NCBI GenBank assembly: GCA_002269645.1 | Contig: NIVC01003221.1 | Span: 1-64,000 of the forward strand | Source of the DNA: Macrostomum lignano | Taxonomy: Eukaryota | Reading direction: 5' to 3' | Length of the DNA stretch: 64,000 nt | Shown: positions 12,631 to 25,800 of the stretch, one piece after another | Position numbering within the stretch: position 1 is the stretch's first letter | Layout of the letters: every line of letters begins with the position of its first letter | Program-made: the position numbers and the translations under genes | Notes under the pieces: generated by a model | Database searches by the model: none | Seen by the model: the letters and a program-made list of their open reading frames with translations, nothing else | Told to the model about the DNA's origin: nothing

Positions 12631-13888
12631 ACTTGTAACCATTTTAGTAACCATTGCATTATTGGGGATATTATATCGATATTTAAACTTACTTGCGGAT
12701 GCCAGCCAATTTGTAAGTTCCAAGCAAATAAAGCTTCTTCTCCTCTGCAGGAAAAGTGGAGAGAATCCTTCCACAGCTCTTCTACAGGCTACTGTGTCTA
12801 TTTACCTCTCGACGGACCGCAGCTTTGGGTTGATTGGTTGCCAATGGTGACCGGGCATGCCGGGTTGGCTTTGCAGCTTGGATAGAGCTTAAGTTAGAGC
12901 TGCTGGAGCTTTGGGTGTGCTGTGTCTAACAAGTGTTGTGGGGTGGAAGAAGCCTCTACAAGCGGGAGGGCCATTTTTTCCCTGGGAATTTTCCACTTTT
13001 CATGCAAAAGATGAACCGCTAATTTATCAGGTCTTGCGAGCAATCTCTCCAAAAAATTTTAACAAAAAAATTTTGTTTATGTTCAACTACACCTTTAAAT
13101 TTTGAATGCATGGCCAGTCCAGACGTCAAACTTAAGGCGTCCTTAACTAAGAGAAGGTGAAACAATTAAAGAGGAATTTACTTGCTAAAAAATAGCGAGA
13201 ATCCGACAATGCTAAGTTGCTAAGAGGCCTTCGAATTCAGGGTGGGAATAAGGACTGCGTGTAACAAATAACTGCTCAGGATACTGCAGGATAGCAGAGT
13301 ACATGGCAGTGTCAGAATACATGTACGAAAGACAGAACTGCCTGAATAGTTTTTCTCAAGGAGTTTCGCTGGGGGCTTCACCCTCCCTCTGGTGAATGCA
13401 TTGTATTCAGGCTTGTCTTTGCATCAACACTGCTCAGAACTCAGACATCCATGGCATAGAAGACAAAAGCTATACCTAGCTAAAGAAGTCTCCATTGAGG
13501 ACAAATGCAGTTTAAGCAGTAGCTCAGCCCTGTCACTCAAGCTATAATTCCTAATTGCATCTTTGGACAGAATCGTTTCTAGCATCAAAAGTAGCTACTG
13601 GACCTATTGAAATAGATGTTCCGCTTTTCTCTACTTAAAGTAGTCAAACTTGACTAAAACTGGCCTTAAACCATGGAGCCACAGCGGCCGTTCAGCCAAT
13701 GAAAATTAAGTAGCAAGTATCGATTATTCCGTTGTTACATTATATAGACGTCTCAGTCTTGAGATCAGGACTCCAAATTTGACAATCTACCAGACTGGAA
13801 CGTTGAGACATCAGGCCATCCTGTCGGATCCCTCAAAGCCTGAGTGGCAGCCGCCGATGCCGCTCTGACTGATGGCCAGCGCTGCGGC

Positions 13889-16800
13889 ATGGGCAGGCGG
13901 ATTCAGTGCATCGGCAAGTACGCCATGTGCGGCCACACTCTTGGCAAAGGCAGCTTTGCTCGAGTTGAATTGGCGGTGCACGATGTCACTAAGTGCAAGG
14001 TGAGCTTGTTTCTGATGCACAGGGTTACTATTGTGCTTCGAATGCTTGTTATTTTGAAGTTGTTAGCTGCATGTGTCCCGAGGGTGAGTCAAGTAGCTTT
14101 GGTCAACTGAAGAACCCGAGGGTTGAGTAGCTATGGTCAACTGAAGAACCCGAGGGTTGAGTAGCTTTGGTCAACTGAAGAACCCGAGGGTTGAGTAGCT
14201 TTGGTCAACTGAAGAACCCGAGGGTTGAGTAGCTTTGGTCAAATGAAGAACCCGAGGGTTGAGTAGCTTTGGTCAACTGAGGAACCCGAGGGTTGAGTAG
14301 CTTTGGTCAACTGAGAGAACCCAAGGTTGAGTAGCTTTGGTCAGCTGAAGAACCCAAGGTTGAGTAGCTTTGGTCAACTGAGAGAACCCAAGGTTGAGTA
14401 GCTTTGGTCAAATGAAGAACCCGAGGGTTGAGTAGCTTTGGTCAACTGAAGAACCCGAGGGTTGAGTAGCTTTGGTCAACTGAAGAACCCGAGGGTTGAG
14501 TAGCTTTGGTCAACTGAAGAACCCGAGGGTTGAGTAGCTTTGGTCAACTGAAGAACCCGAGGGTTGAGTAGCTTTGGTCAACTGAAGAACCCAAGGTTGA
14601 GTAGCTTTGGTCAGCTGAAGAACCCAAGGTTGAGTAGCTTTGGTCAGCTGGAGAACCCAAGGTTGAGTAGCTTTGGTCAGCTGAAGAACCCAAGGTTGAG
14701 TAGCTTTGGTCAACTGAGAGAACCCAAGGTTGAGTAGCTTTGGTCAACTGAGAGAACCCAAGGTTGAGTAGCTTTGGTCAAATGAAGAACCCGAGGGTTG
14801 AGTAGCTTTGGTCAACTGAGAGAACCCGAGGGTTGAGTAGCTTTGGTCAACTGAGAGAACCCGAGGGTTGAGTAGCTTTGGTCAGCTGAAGAACCCGAGG
14901 GTTGAGTAGCTTTGGTCAGCTGAAGAACCCCAAAAGGTTGAGACAATCGTACAAAAGACAATAGGATGGATAACACATCTGATACAAGAAGGAATTAAGC
15001 ATTGCATTCTAGGCTCAGTGCGCCACCTGTTCAACAACTGTAAGTGTCCAGGAAATGGCAGCGTGCAAAAGTGTAATTAGTGCGCCAGTCAGCAGCCAAG
15101 TGATTAGACACCCGTGCCTGAAACTCTCCTCCATCGCTCGCTCTGCTCATAGTTGGGAACTTATCGAAGGGTCTCATGGGAAATCAGGGGAGGGTAGAGC
15201 ATATCAGACCAGGGAGGTCACATCCCCTCACTGTGACCCCTTGGGGACCAGGAATTAGTTTGGAAAACAGATCCCAATCATCTCCGAGAGCCAATGTAGC
15301 TGACAAATACACGAAATTCTTTTTGGCAAAGTGGAAAAGTTGTTAATGAAAATGACTTCGCAGCGGCAGGGTGTATAACTTTTCGGTTGATGCGACTGCG
15401 AAGCCGAACTGATGAAAGGACACATTTATCGATCGAATATTTCCCACAAAACTCTATTTTGACTTAAATTTACCGTTTTTCCTCAATCCTCAAGGTGGCT
15501 GTAAAAATAATCGACACGAAAAAAATTAGTGACGACTACGTGCGAAACAATTTGTGCAGGGAGGCGCGGATCCTCTCCCAGTTGCGCCATCCCAATATAA
15601 TTCGTTATTTTGAATCGCTCAAGGTAAGTTTTAAAACTCTATTAGTTATTTAGTACAAGTTAATAAGAGCGATCGATAAAACCCTTGCTTAGCTCCCATT
15701 GGCTGGCTCGAACGCGTACAATCGCGCCGCACATTGCACATTGCTCCCCCCGCCGGACCCACCACCTCACTCCTTGCTTCAAATTTTACAAGATTCGCTA
15801 TACTTTACAACTTTAATGACAAAAGACTAAACAAAGACTAGACAAGAGATTTGCTTTTGCACAACGTTGCTCGTACAAGGAGCTTTACCGAGGAAAAATC
15901 TGTCTCGGAACTTTACACAACTTGAGAGTACTACAATGTCATTCTACTCATAATCTAGTTAATCATAGATCATGTGGGTCGTCAAACTCCGGCCGCAAGT
16001 GGCCAGCAGAGCCTCTCTCTATCCGGCCCTCGGGTCCTCTGAAACTTCACAATAGCAATCCGGCCCGCTTGCGTCTCTTCTCAGCTCTCCTCTCCTCTCC
16101 TCTCCTTTCCTCTCCTCTACTCTCCTCTACTCTCCTCTCCTCTCCTCTACTCTACTCTACTCTACTCTCCTCTCCTCTCCTCTCCTCTCCTCTCCTCTCC
16201 TCTCCTCTCCTCTCCTCTCCTCTCCTCTCCTCTCCTCTCCTCTCCTCTCCTCTCCTCTCCTCTCCTCTCCTCTCCTCTCCTCTCCTCTCCTCTCCTCTCC
16301 TCTCCTCTCCTCTCCTCTCCTCTCCTCTCCTCTCCTCTCCCCTAGTTTGCCGACAGCTGCCATAAATGTTAAACATCACTTTTTAAACATAGATATGTTT
16401 ATAATAATAACTGATTACCCCTGCCCTGATGGACAAATGTGCAACAAATGTACGGCGCATCTAAAGGCTGCGTACGGCTGTTCAGTCCAAGGACTGGGGG
16501 GGGGGGTAAATGCTGGCACCCATTTTACGCACAGGAATTAACCTGTGCAACTGTTCTCTCAACTGTAGGCGGGCACATTCTACTGTCTGGTATCCGAGAT
16601 GGCTGGCGGTGGCACAATCACCAGCTTCATGAAAGGTTTCAAGGACAACCGGCTGCCGGAACACTTGGCTAGAAACTTTTTCCGCCAGATGGTATCGGCT
16701 CTGCACTACATGCACGAACGCGGCGTTGTGCACCGGTTTGCGAATTTTTTTTACAACTTGTCGATTTCGGCACCAATTTAAATGCGTCGCAAATCAAATC

Positions 16801-19800
16801 CAGTCGTAGCTCTCAATTTGCTGCTAATTTTTCAGAGACTTAAAAATGGAAAATATTCTGCTAGACGAAAAGCGAAGAAACGTAAAAATATGCGGTAACT
16901 GTCGTCCGTTGGCTGATCTTTAACTTTTAACCTACTGAAATATAAATAACAGATTTTTTTTAACCATTTTTTGGTTTGGTTTTTAAAACTTAGGCGTAGA
17001 AATCAGCTCTCTTTTTACGTGGTAAATTAAAAATCTTCTCAAACTGACCTGCTCAGATTTCGGCTTGAGCAACATATTCGACCAGAATCGTCAACTGAGA
17101 ACTCATTGCGGCTCCCCGGAGTACGCCGCGCCTGAGCTGTTCTCAGAGGACGCCATGTACGGACCGGAGGTGGACCTGTGGAGTCTGTAGGTGCAACGAT
17201 TACTTTTTTGTTATGTATAAATATAACTTGACAGCTGGTGAATCAGCTCTCGTTCTCTGCTTCTCGTCTCCTTGAACTCTTTGCTGGCTCTTCTAACTAC
17301 TCAATCTCTTTTCTCCCTCCCCAACTTTCCTTCACTACCTCCTCTACTCGAATTCTCCCTCTCTACCTCCTCTACTCGAATTCTCCCTCTCTACCTCCTC
17401 TACTCCATTTCTCCCTGTCTACCTCCTCTACTCCATTTCTCCCTGTCTACCTCCTCTACTCCATTTCTCCCTGTCTACCTCCTCTACTCCATTTCTCCCT
17501 GTCTACCTCCTCTACTCCATTTCTCCCTGTCTACCTCCTCTACTCCATTTCTCCCTGTCTACCTCCTCTACTCCAATTCTTACTCTCTACCTCCTCTACT
17601 CCAATTCTCCCTCACTAACTCTCCCTGCCCACCTCTCCCTCTCTATCTCTCCATCTCCCTCTCCACCTCTCCATATCTACCTCCTCTACTCCAACTCTCT
17701 TGTCTCTCTCCAACTCTGCCTCTCTAACTCTTCGTCTTCAACTTTCGCTAGATAAGACAGTTACTTTGGCCAGAAACAACCTCTTGACATGCTTCCTCAA
17801 TCCCCTTTTTCAGAGGCATCATCTTGTTCACCTCAACAGTCGGCCACCTGCCATTCAACTCGCCCTATCACGATCACAATCGGAACAAGAGGCTGATTGG
17901 CCTCATCCGACAGGGACTGCAGACCAGGCACTACCAGGACATGGCGCACCTAACTGCTGGTGCGACCTACTTCAGTATCTTCTGTTGTTGGGATCTTGGG
18001 TGGGTCGGAAAAAATTCCAGTGAGATTGGGTCAGATAAATAGGTCGTAGCCTTAATGGTTTTTAATCGGTCAAGATGCGTCAAGGTAGGTCAAAATAAAT
18101 ATAAAGATGTCATAATGGCTCCAAATGGGCGTGAGTCAAGATTGAATGGGTCATGATGAGTCAGGATTGTCAATGAGTCGAGATGGGTCACAATGAGTCA
18201 ATATGGTCACAATGGGTCAATATGGTCACAATTAGTCTAGAAGAGTCACTATTAGTCAATATGGATCAAAATTTGAGTCAAGCTGGCTCACAATGAGCCA
18301 ATATGGGTCACAATGAGTCAAGCTGGGTCACAGGAATATTGCCAAAACAATTCTTTGCAGACCTTCAAAGCCTGATTCGCCAGCTGGTGGAGCCAAGTCC
18401 TAACTTACGACTGCCTCTGTGCGAGATCCCCAAGCAGAGCTGGGTAACCAAGGGCAACCGGATACCCTTCGCATTCTACTTGGGGCAACCCAAAGACCCG
18501 GCGCTCAGAACGGAAGTGAGTAGTAGTCTTTGTTTCATTTGCATCTCATGTTTTGAAGGAAATATGATTTCATTTTCACATTTTCAAGTGCGTAAGAAGC
18601 CGCAATCTATTTGTGATGAAAGTCGCGGAGATGAGGCAACTAACAAAATTAACGAAACAGCTTGCGTTTTAAGCGCTTATATTTGGATAGCTTAGGCATT
18701 CGTTTTGTTTAACCGCAAGCATGTCACAACTACCATCAATGTAAATTTTAATCCTTACAATTCGATCGAATCACCTTGTAAATAAAAATTGCAGTTGCAG
18801 TGCACAAATGGAAACAGTGACAGCAGCTTTGCGAGCGACAGCAGCAGCGACAGCACCCCTCAGAATGATCTGTCTTTGAGCTCATCAGTGCGCTGTCAGC
18901 CTGGTAGCTGCTGCCAGGATGACTCTGTGCGTGTCACGGTTCTGACCGGTTTGGGTAGTCAGTCAGTCAGTCAGTCAGTCAGTCAGTCAGTCAGTCAGTC
19001 AGTCAGTCAGTCAGTCAGTCAGTCAGTCAGTCAGTCAGTCAGTCAGTCAGTCAGTCAGTCGGTCAGTCGGTCAGTCAGTCAGTCAGTCAGTCAGTCAGTC
19101 AGTCAGTCAGTCAGTCAGTCACCCACTCCCTCAAGTCAGTCAGTCAGTCAGTCAGTCAGTCAGTCAGTCAGTCAGTCAGTCAGTCAGTCAGTCAGTCAGT
19201 CAGTCACCCACTCACTCAAGTCAGTCAGTCAGTCACCCACTCCCTCAAGTCAGTCAGTCAGTCAGTCAGTCAGTCAGTCAGTCAGTCAGTCAGTCAGTCA
19301 GTCAGTCACCCACTCACTCAAGTCAGTCAGTCAGTCAGTCAGTCAGTCAGTCAGTCAGTCAGTCAATCAGTCAGTCAGTCAGTCAGTCAGTCAGTCAGTC
19401 AGTCAGTCAGTCAGTCAGTCACCCACTCACTCAAGTCAGTCAGTCAGTCAGTCAGTCAGTCAGTCAGTCAGTCAGTCAGTCAGTCAGTCAGTCAGTCAGT
19501 CAGTCAGTCAGTCAGTCAGTCAGTCAGTCAGTCAGTCAGTCAGTCACCCACTCACTCAAGTCAGTCAGTCAGTCAGTCAGTCAGTCAGTCAGTCAGTCAG
19601 TCAGTCAGTCAGTCAGTCAGTCAGTCAGTCAGTCAGTCAGTCGGTCAGTCAGTATATAAAAAACAAAAGCACACCACAGGACAGCGTCAAAGAAGCAGAA
19701 GTCCGTTTGCCTTCTGACTCTCAGCAGCATCCGCCAAGCGCCCCATCAGCCAGCAGGCGCAGCCGGTCGCCCTAAACTTTCCAAAACGCTGTCCACTTCT

Positions 19801-22800
19801 CCACACTCCCCCAAAAGATGATTGGAAAGATTATCGCCAGCTGCCTCTAACCCCATCTCTCTCTTAGAAGCAGAAATCCTGACCAAGACTGTGAGAACCA
19901 TGGGCGGGCGGGCTGGAAGCACTTCAGCCTAAACCTTCTCGACTCAACCCTTCGACTCTCTGCCTCCCGCCTCCTCTCTCTGGCGCCTCCTCCCATGGGC
20001 AATTCCAAGTCGTTAATTCCCAGGCAAGGCTAAATATCCATTGCTAGGAGGAATACCAGCTCCTATACAATATGGTGCCTTGCTGCACTCTCACATTTAG
20101 ACTCGACTGAAGTCCCTCAAGCAGTCTATCGATTTTTTGTTGGAAATAAAACCCAAAAAAATCGTTTCCATATCGAGATTTAATCAACATCTGCAGTTGC
20201 TATGGTTGAATATAGCAATCCATGTCGCATGGGGGGGCAGTGCTCAGGGCTCAGTAAGCTGGATAAAATGATGCAGTACAGATGCTGACTGCAAATATGT
20301 TGGGGCAGCGCTTAATAAGTGTTGAATTTCGAATAATTATCAACGAAATTCTAAACTGCCCCGTGCCGCAGCTCTTGTAGGTCTGCCTGTTCAAGTATAT
20401 TAGAGGCTACTAGGCTACTAATAGACTACAGACACTATCCCATACACTACCACAAACACTATCGCAGACAACTACTACAAACACCACGACAGACACTAAC
20501 AAATAAACTAAAAACTACCATAGAAACTACCACATAAACTAAAAACTACCACAGACACTAACACATAAACTAAAAACTACCACAGACACTAACACATAAA
20601 CTAAAAACTACCACAGACACTACCACATAAACTAAAAACTACCACAGACACTACCACATAAAATAAAAACTACCACAGACACTAACACATAAACTAAAAA
20701 CTACCACAGACACTACCACATAAACTAAAAACTACCACAGACACTACCACATAAAATAAAAACTACCACAAATACTACCACATAATCTAAAAACTACCAC
20801 AGACACTACCACAGGCACTACCGCAGACACTACCACAGACACCACCACAGGCACTACCACAGACACTACCACAGGCTCTACCACAGACACAAAAAACTAC
20901 CACAGACTCTAGCTACTAAAAAAATTAGAAGACAAAAACGTTAAAGACGAAAAGAATTGAGTAGAACTGAGCCATGAGCGCAAAGGCAACTGTTCCACTT
21001 AGAACGGGTTCGACTGGCCCCTCCAGCCGTCCCCTTAGCGAGTACAGTAGAATTCGGGGCTACACTGGCCTAATCCTGATGCAGATCAGATTTCGGAATA
21101 GGGCTAGCTGAGCAGAGAGGCTGGGACGGCCGCCTCGCGCATTCCTCATCGCAGATGGTACAGGCGGTGGGTCAACTCCAGCATATAACACTGCTGTATT
21201 CGGATGAAAAATTCAGATTATGATGGCATTGATTATAGAGGCTGCTGAGCTGATCTGTACTGCGTCCGGAATTCGTTGTGTCCACATCTAGAGACCGGGG
21301 TGTCCACATCTAGAAACCTGGGTGTCCACATCTAGAAACCTGGGTGTCCACATCTAGAAACCTGGGTGTCCACATCTAGAGACCGGGGTGTCCACATCTA
21401 GAAACCTGGGTGTCCACATCTAGAAACCTGGGTGTCCACATCTAGAGACCGGGGTGTCCACATCTAGAAACCTGGGTGTCCACATCTAGAAACCTGGGTG
21501 TCCACATCTAGAAACCTGGGTGTCCACATCTAGAGACCGGGGTGTCCACATCTAGAGACCGGGGTGTCCACATCTAGAAACCTGGGTGTCCACATCTAGA
21601 AACCTGGGTGTCCACATCTAGAAACCTGGGTGTCCACATCTAGAAAACTGAGGTGTCCACATCTAGAAACCTGAGGTGTCCACATCTAGAGACCGGGGTT
21701 TCCACATCTAGAAACCTGGGTGTCCACATCTAGAAACCTGGGTGTCCACATCTAGAAACCTGGGTGTCCACATCTAGAAAACTGAGGTGTCCACATCTAG
21801 AAAACTGAGGTGTCCACATCTAGAAACCTGAGGTGTCCACATCTAGAAACCTGAGGTGTCCACATCTAGAAACCTGGCTGTCCACATCTAGAAACCAGGG
21901 TGTCCACATCTAGAAACCGGGGTGTTCACATCTAGAAACCTGTGTCCACATCTAGAAACCTGGGTGTCCACATCTAGAGACCGGGGTGTCCACATCTAGA
22001 AACCAGGGTGTCCACATCTAAAAACCTGGGTGTCCACATCTAGAAACCTGGGTGTCCACATCTAGAAACCTAGGTATCCACATCTAGAAACCTGAGATGT
22101 CCACATCTAGAAACTGGGGTGTCCACATCTAGAATCCTGAGGTGTCCCCATCTATAAATTTAAACCATTAAACCATTCACTAATCACTTGCATGTTCTTC
22201 ATTATGGAACTATAAATAGAAAATTTATTTTATGCTTAAGTTTCGATATTAATCATTGATAGCATCATTATAATTAACATCATTTACTTGTCGTGCGCAA
22301 ACTTCGAGCTCGAAAAAAACCTATAAAAAATCGATATTCGATATTATTATTTATGAGAGAACATAGTCGAATATGCCAACGTCCGTCGCGTCTTCACCGC
22401 GCAGTGGGCGGTTTGCGGACACCCGGGTCACGCTCGGAAGCACCGACCGAGCGACTTGCAGGCCGACTCCGCCTTCGGAGGCAGCTCAGATCTGCAGTTG
22501 GAGAGCCAGGTTAGCGAGTTATGAGTTCACTTTGATTGGGTCCTGCTTAGATACGGAGCTTTACTCGTAAGTAATGGGGGTCTATTGAGAAAAGGGATTC
22601 CCATGTGTTTCTGAAAATGGGGGATTCCTGTGTGTTTTCTAAAGGGGGATTCCCGTGTGTTTTTTTCTAAATGGGGGATGCCCGTGTGTTTTTCTAAATA
22701 GGGGATTCTTATGTGTTTTTCTAAATGGGGGATTCCTGTGTGTTTTTCTAAATGGGGGATTCTCATGTGTTTTTCTAAATGGGGGATTCCTGTGTGTTTT

Positions 22801-25800
22801 TCTAAATGGGGGATTCTTATGTGTTTTTCTAAATGGGGGATTCCTGTGTGTTTTTCTAAATGGGGGATTCTCATGTGTTTTTTAAACGGGGGATTCCCGT
22901 GTGTTTATCTAAATGGAGGATTCCCGTGTGTTTATCTAAATGGGGGATTCCCGTGTGTTTTTCTAAATGGGGGATTCCTGTGTGTTTTTCTAAATAGGGG
23001 ATTCTTATGTGTTTTTCTAAATGGGGGATTCCTGTGTGTTTTTCTAAATGGGGGATTCTCATGTGTTTTTTAAACGGGGGATTCCCGTGTGTTTATCTAA
23101 ATGGAGGATTCCCGTGTGTTTATCTAAATGGGGGATTCCCATGTGTTTATCTAAATGGGGGATTTCAGTGTGCTTATCTAAATGGAGGATTCCCGTGTGT
23201 TTATCTAAATGGAGGATTTCAGTGTGTTTATCTAAATGGGCGATTCCCGTGTGTTTATCTAAATGGGCGATTCCCGTGTGTTTATCTAAATGGGGGATTC
23301 CCGTGTATTTATCTAAATGGAGGATTCCCGTGTGTTTATCTAAGTGGAGGCTTCCCATGTGTTTATCTAAATGGGGGATTTCATTGTTTTTATCTAAATG
23401 GAGGATTTCAGTGTGTTTATCTAAATGGGGAATTCCTATCTGTTTTTCTAAATGGGGGATTCCTGTGTTCTTATAAAAATAGGGGAATTCCTGTATGTTT
23501 ATGAAAATAAGGGATTTTTGCATGTTTAAGAAAAGGGATAATTCCCATGCGTTTAAGAGAATAAGGGATTCCCCCATGTGCTTCTCAAAATGAAAGGAAT
23601 GGAAAGTGTGTCCAATGTTCTAAGTGAATTATCAAGTAATATATTCGGGTACTACAGTATACTCAATTAATTTTATGACACAAATCGACTCCTATAGTAA
23701 ACATAGGCCGGAGACTTGAGCGATAAAATTTAGTACGGGGTGTATTTTATGATGCCAAAGAAACTATATCCCTTACTTATAAAGTGCGCTAACTTCTGTA
23801 ACCGAGTACAGTTCAAGGTCATGTTGTAGAGTAAAGTACAGAACAAAATATACTCGTAGGTATTGATAAAAGTATTTAAAATTCAGGTTTAAATTTTTTA
23901 ATATTTTCAGCTATTTGTACTTTTGGAAAATACTTTACCCTCCACCCTCCACCCTCCACCCTCCACCCTCCACCCTCCATCCTCCAGTCTGTTCTATTCT
24001 ATCTAAACTGTCGTTTAAAAAATAACTTTTTTAGTTTCGAGCCTGGCAAAAGCCTGATTTTGCTTTTACTAGATGTAAAATGCTGCACAGAAGAATCTAA
24101 CACAATAACAATTAGTGCTTTTTCTAAAAGTTAATTAATCTAAAATTGATTTTAAATAAACTAGAACGCCAACACTCGAATCAGGTTGCCGAAGAACTTT
24201 CCCACATGGTGAAGATGTCGAAAGCTGATTTGGAACGCGCGGTGAGCGAGTCCAAAACTAGCGAGCTCTCAGCCATGTTTTGCATGCTGATGGAGAAGAA
24301 GAAGCGCGATACTGGTGGGTCTGGGATCACAACGAAGTCTGGGAGTTTGGGGTCATTGGAGAATCTGGGAGTTTGGGATCATTTCAGAGTCTGGGAGTTT
24401 TGGATCATTTCAGAAATTGGGAGTTTGGGATCATTTCAGAATCTGGGAGTTTGGGATCATTTCAGAATCTAAGAGTTTGGGATCATTGGAGAATCAGGGA
24501 GTTTGGGATCATTTGAGAAACTGAAAGTTTGGGATGATTGGAGAATGTGGAAGTTTGGGATCATTTCAGAATCTGGGAGTTTGGGATCATTTCAAAATCT
24601 AAGAGTTTGGGATCATTGGAGAATCTGGGAGTTTGGGATCATTTGAGAAACTGAAAGTTTGGGATCATTTCAGAAACTGGAAGTTTGGGATCATTTCAGA
24701 ATCTGGGAGTTTGGGATCATTTCAGAATCTAAGAGTTTGGGATCATTGGAGAATCAGGGAGTTTGGGATCATTTGAGAAACTGAAAGTTTGGGATGATTG
24801 GAGAATGTGGAAGTTTGGGATCATTTCAGAATCTGGGAGTTTGGGATCATTTCAAAATCTAAGAGTTTGGGATCATTGGAGAATCAGGGAGTTTGGGATC
24901 ATTTGAGAAACTGAAAGTTTGGGATCATTTCAGAAACTGGAAGTTTGGGATCATTTCAGAATCTGGGAGTTTGGGATCATTTCAGAATCTAAGAGTTTGG
25001 GATCATTGGAGAATCAGGGAGTTTGGGATCATTTGAGAAACTGAAAGTTTGGGATGATTGGAGAATGTGGAAGTTTGGGATCATTTCAGAATCTGGGAGT
25101 TTGGGATCATTTCAAAATCTAAGAGTTTGGGATCATTGGAGAATCTGGGAGTTTGGGATCATTTGAGAAACTGGAAGTTTGGGATGATTGAAGAATGTGG
25201 GAGTTTGGGATCATTTCAGAATCTGGGAGTTTGGGATCATTGGAGAATCTGGGAGTTTGGGATCAGTTCAGAGTCTGAGAGTTTGGGATCATTGGAGAAT
25301 CTGGGAGTTTGGGATCATTTCAGAGTTTGGAAGTTTGGGATCATTTCAGAGTCTGGGAGCTTGGGATCATTGAAGAATCTGGGAGTTTGGAATCAGTTCA
25401 GAGTCTGAGAGTTTGGGATCATTGGAGAATCTGGGAGTTTGGGATCATTTCAGAGTCTGGGAGTTTGGGATCATTTCAGAGTCTGGGAGCTTGGGATCAT
25501 TGAAGAATCTGGGAGTTTGGAATCACTTCTTGAGCTTTAAGATCTCAGACAAACATTTTGTCTCAAACTGCAGGTTTCTACTCACGAGACCACACGGTCA
25601 GGCGCCCAGCCGCCGACCCCGAGCAGGAGCGCGCCTTGCGCTCCCAAGCGCGCCAAAAATGGCGCCTACTAAGCAGTAGCGTTCGAGCCAGCGCGCGAAC
25701 ATTCAAAGAGCGCGTGAGAGACAAAGCAAAAGAGAGCACCGGTGACAGCCGAGCTGCTGGACTTCGAGAATGGCAGGTAAAAAAAACAGATTTAATTAAG

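Noticed and set aside
13150-13620. Possible RTE-like LINE relic (minus strand FYAMDV*VLS..)
   Set aside because: Only one weak motif; not supportable without a profile search.
14085-14932. CRISPR-like 34-bp hairpin repeat
   Set aside because: Units abut with no unique spacers; it lies in a eukaryotic intron; no cas genes.
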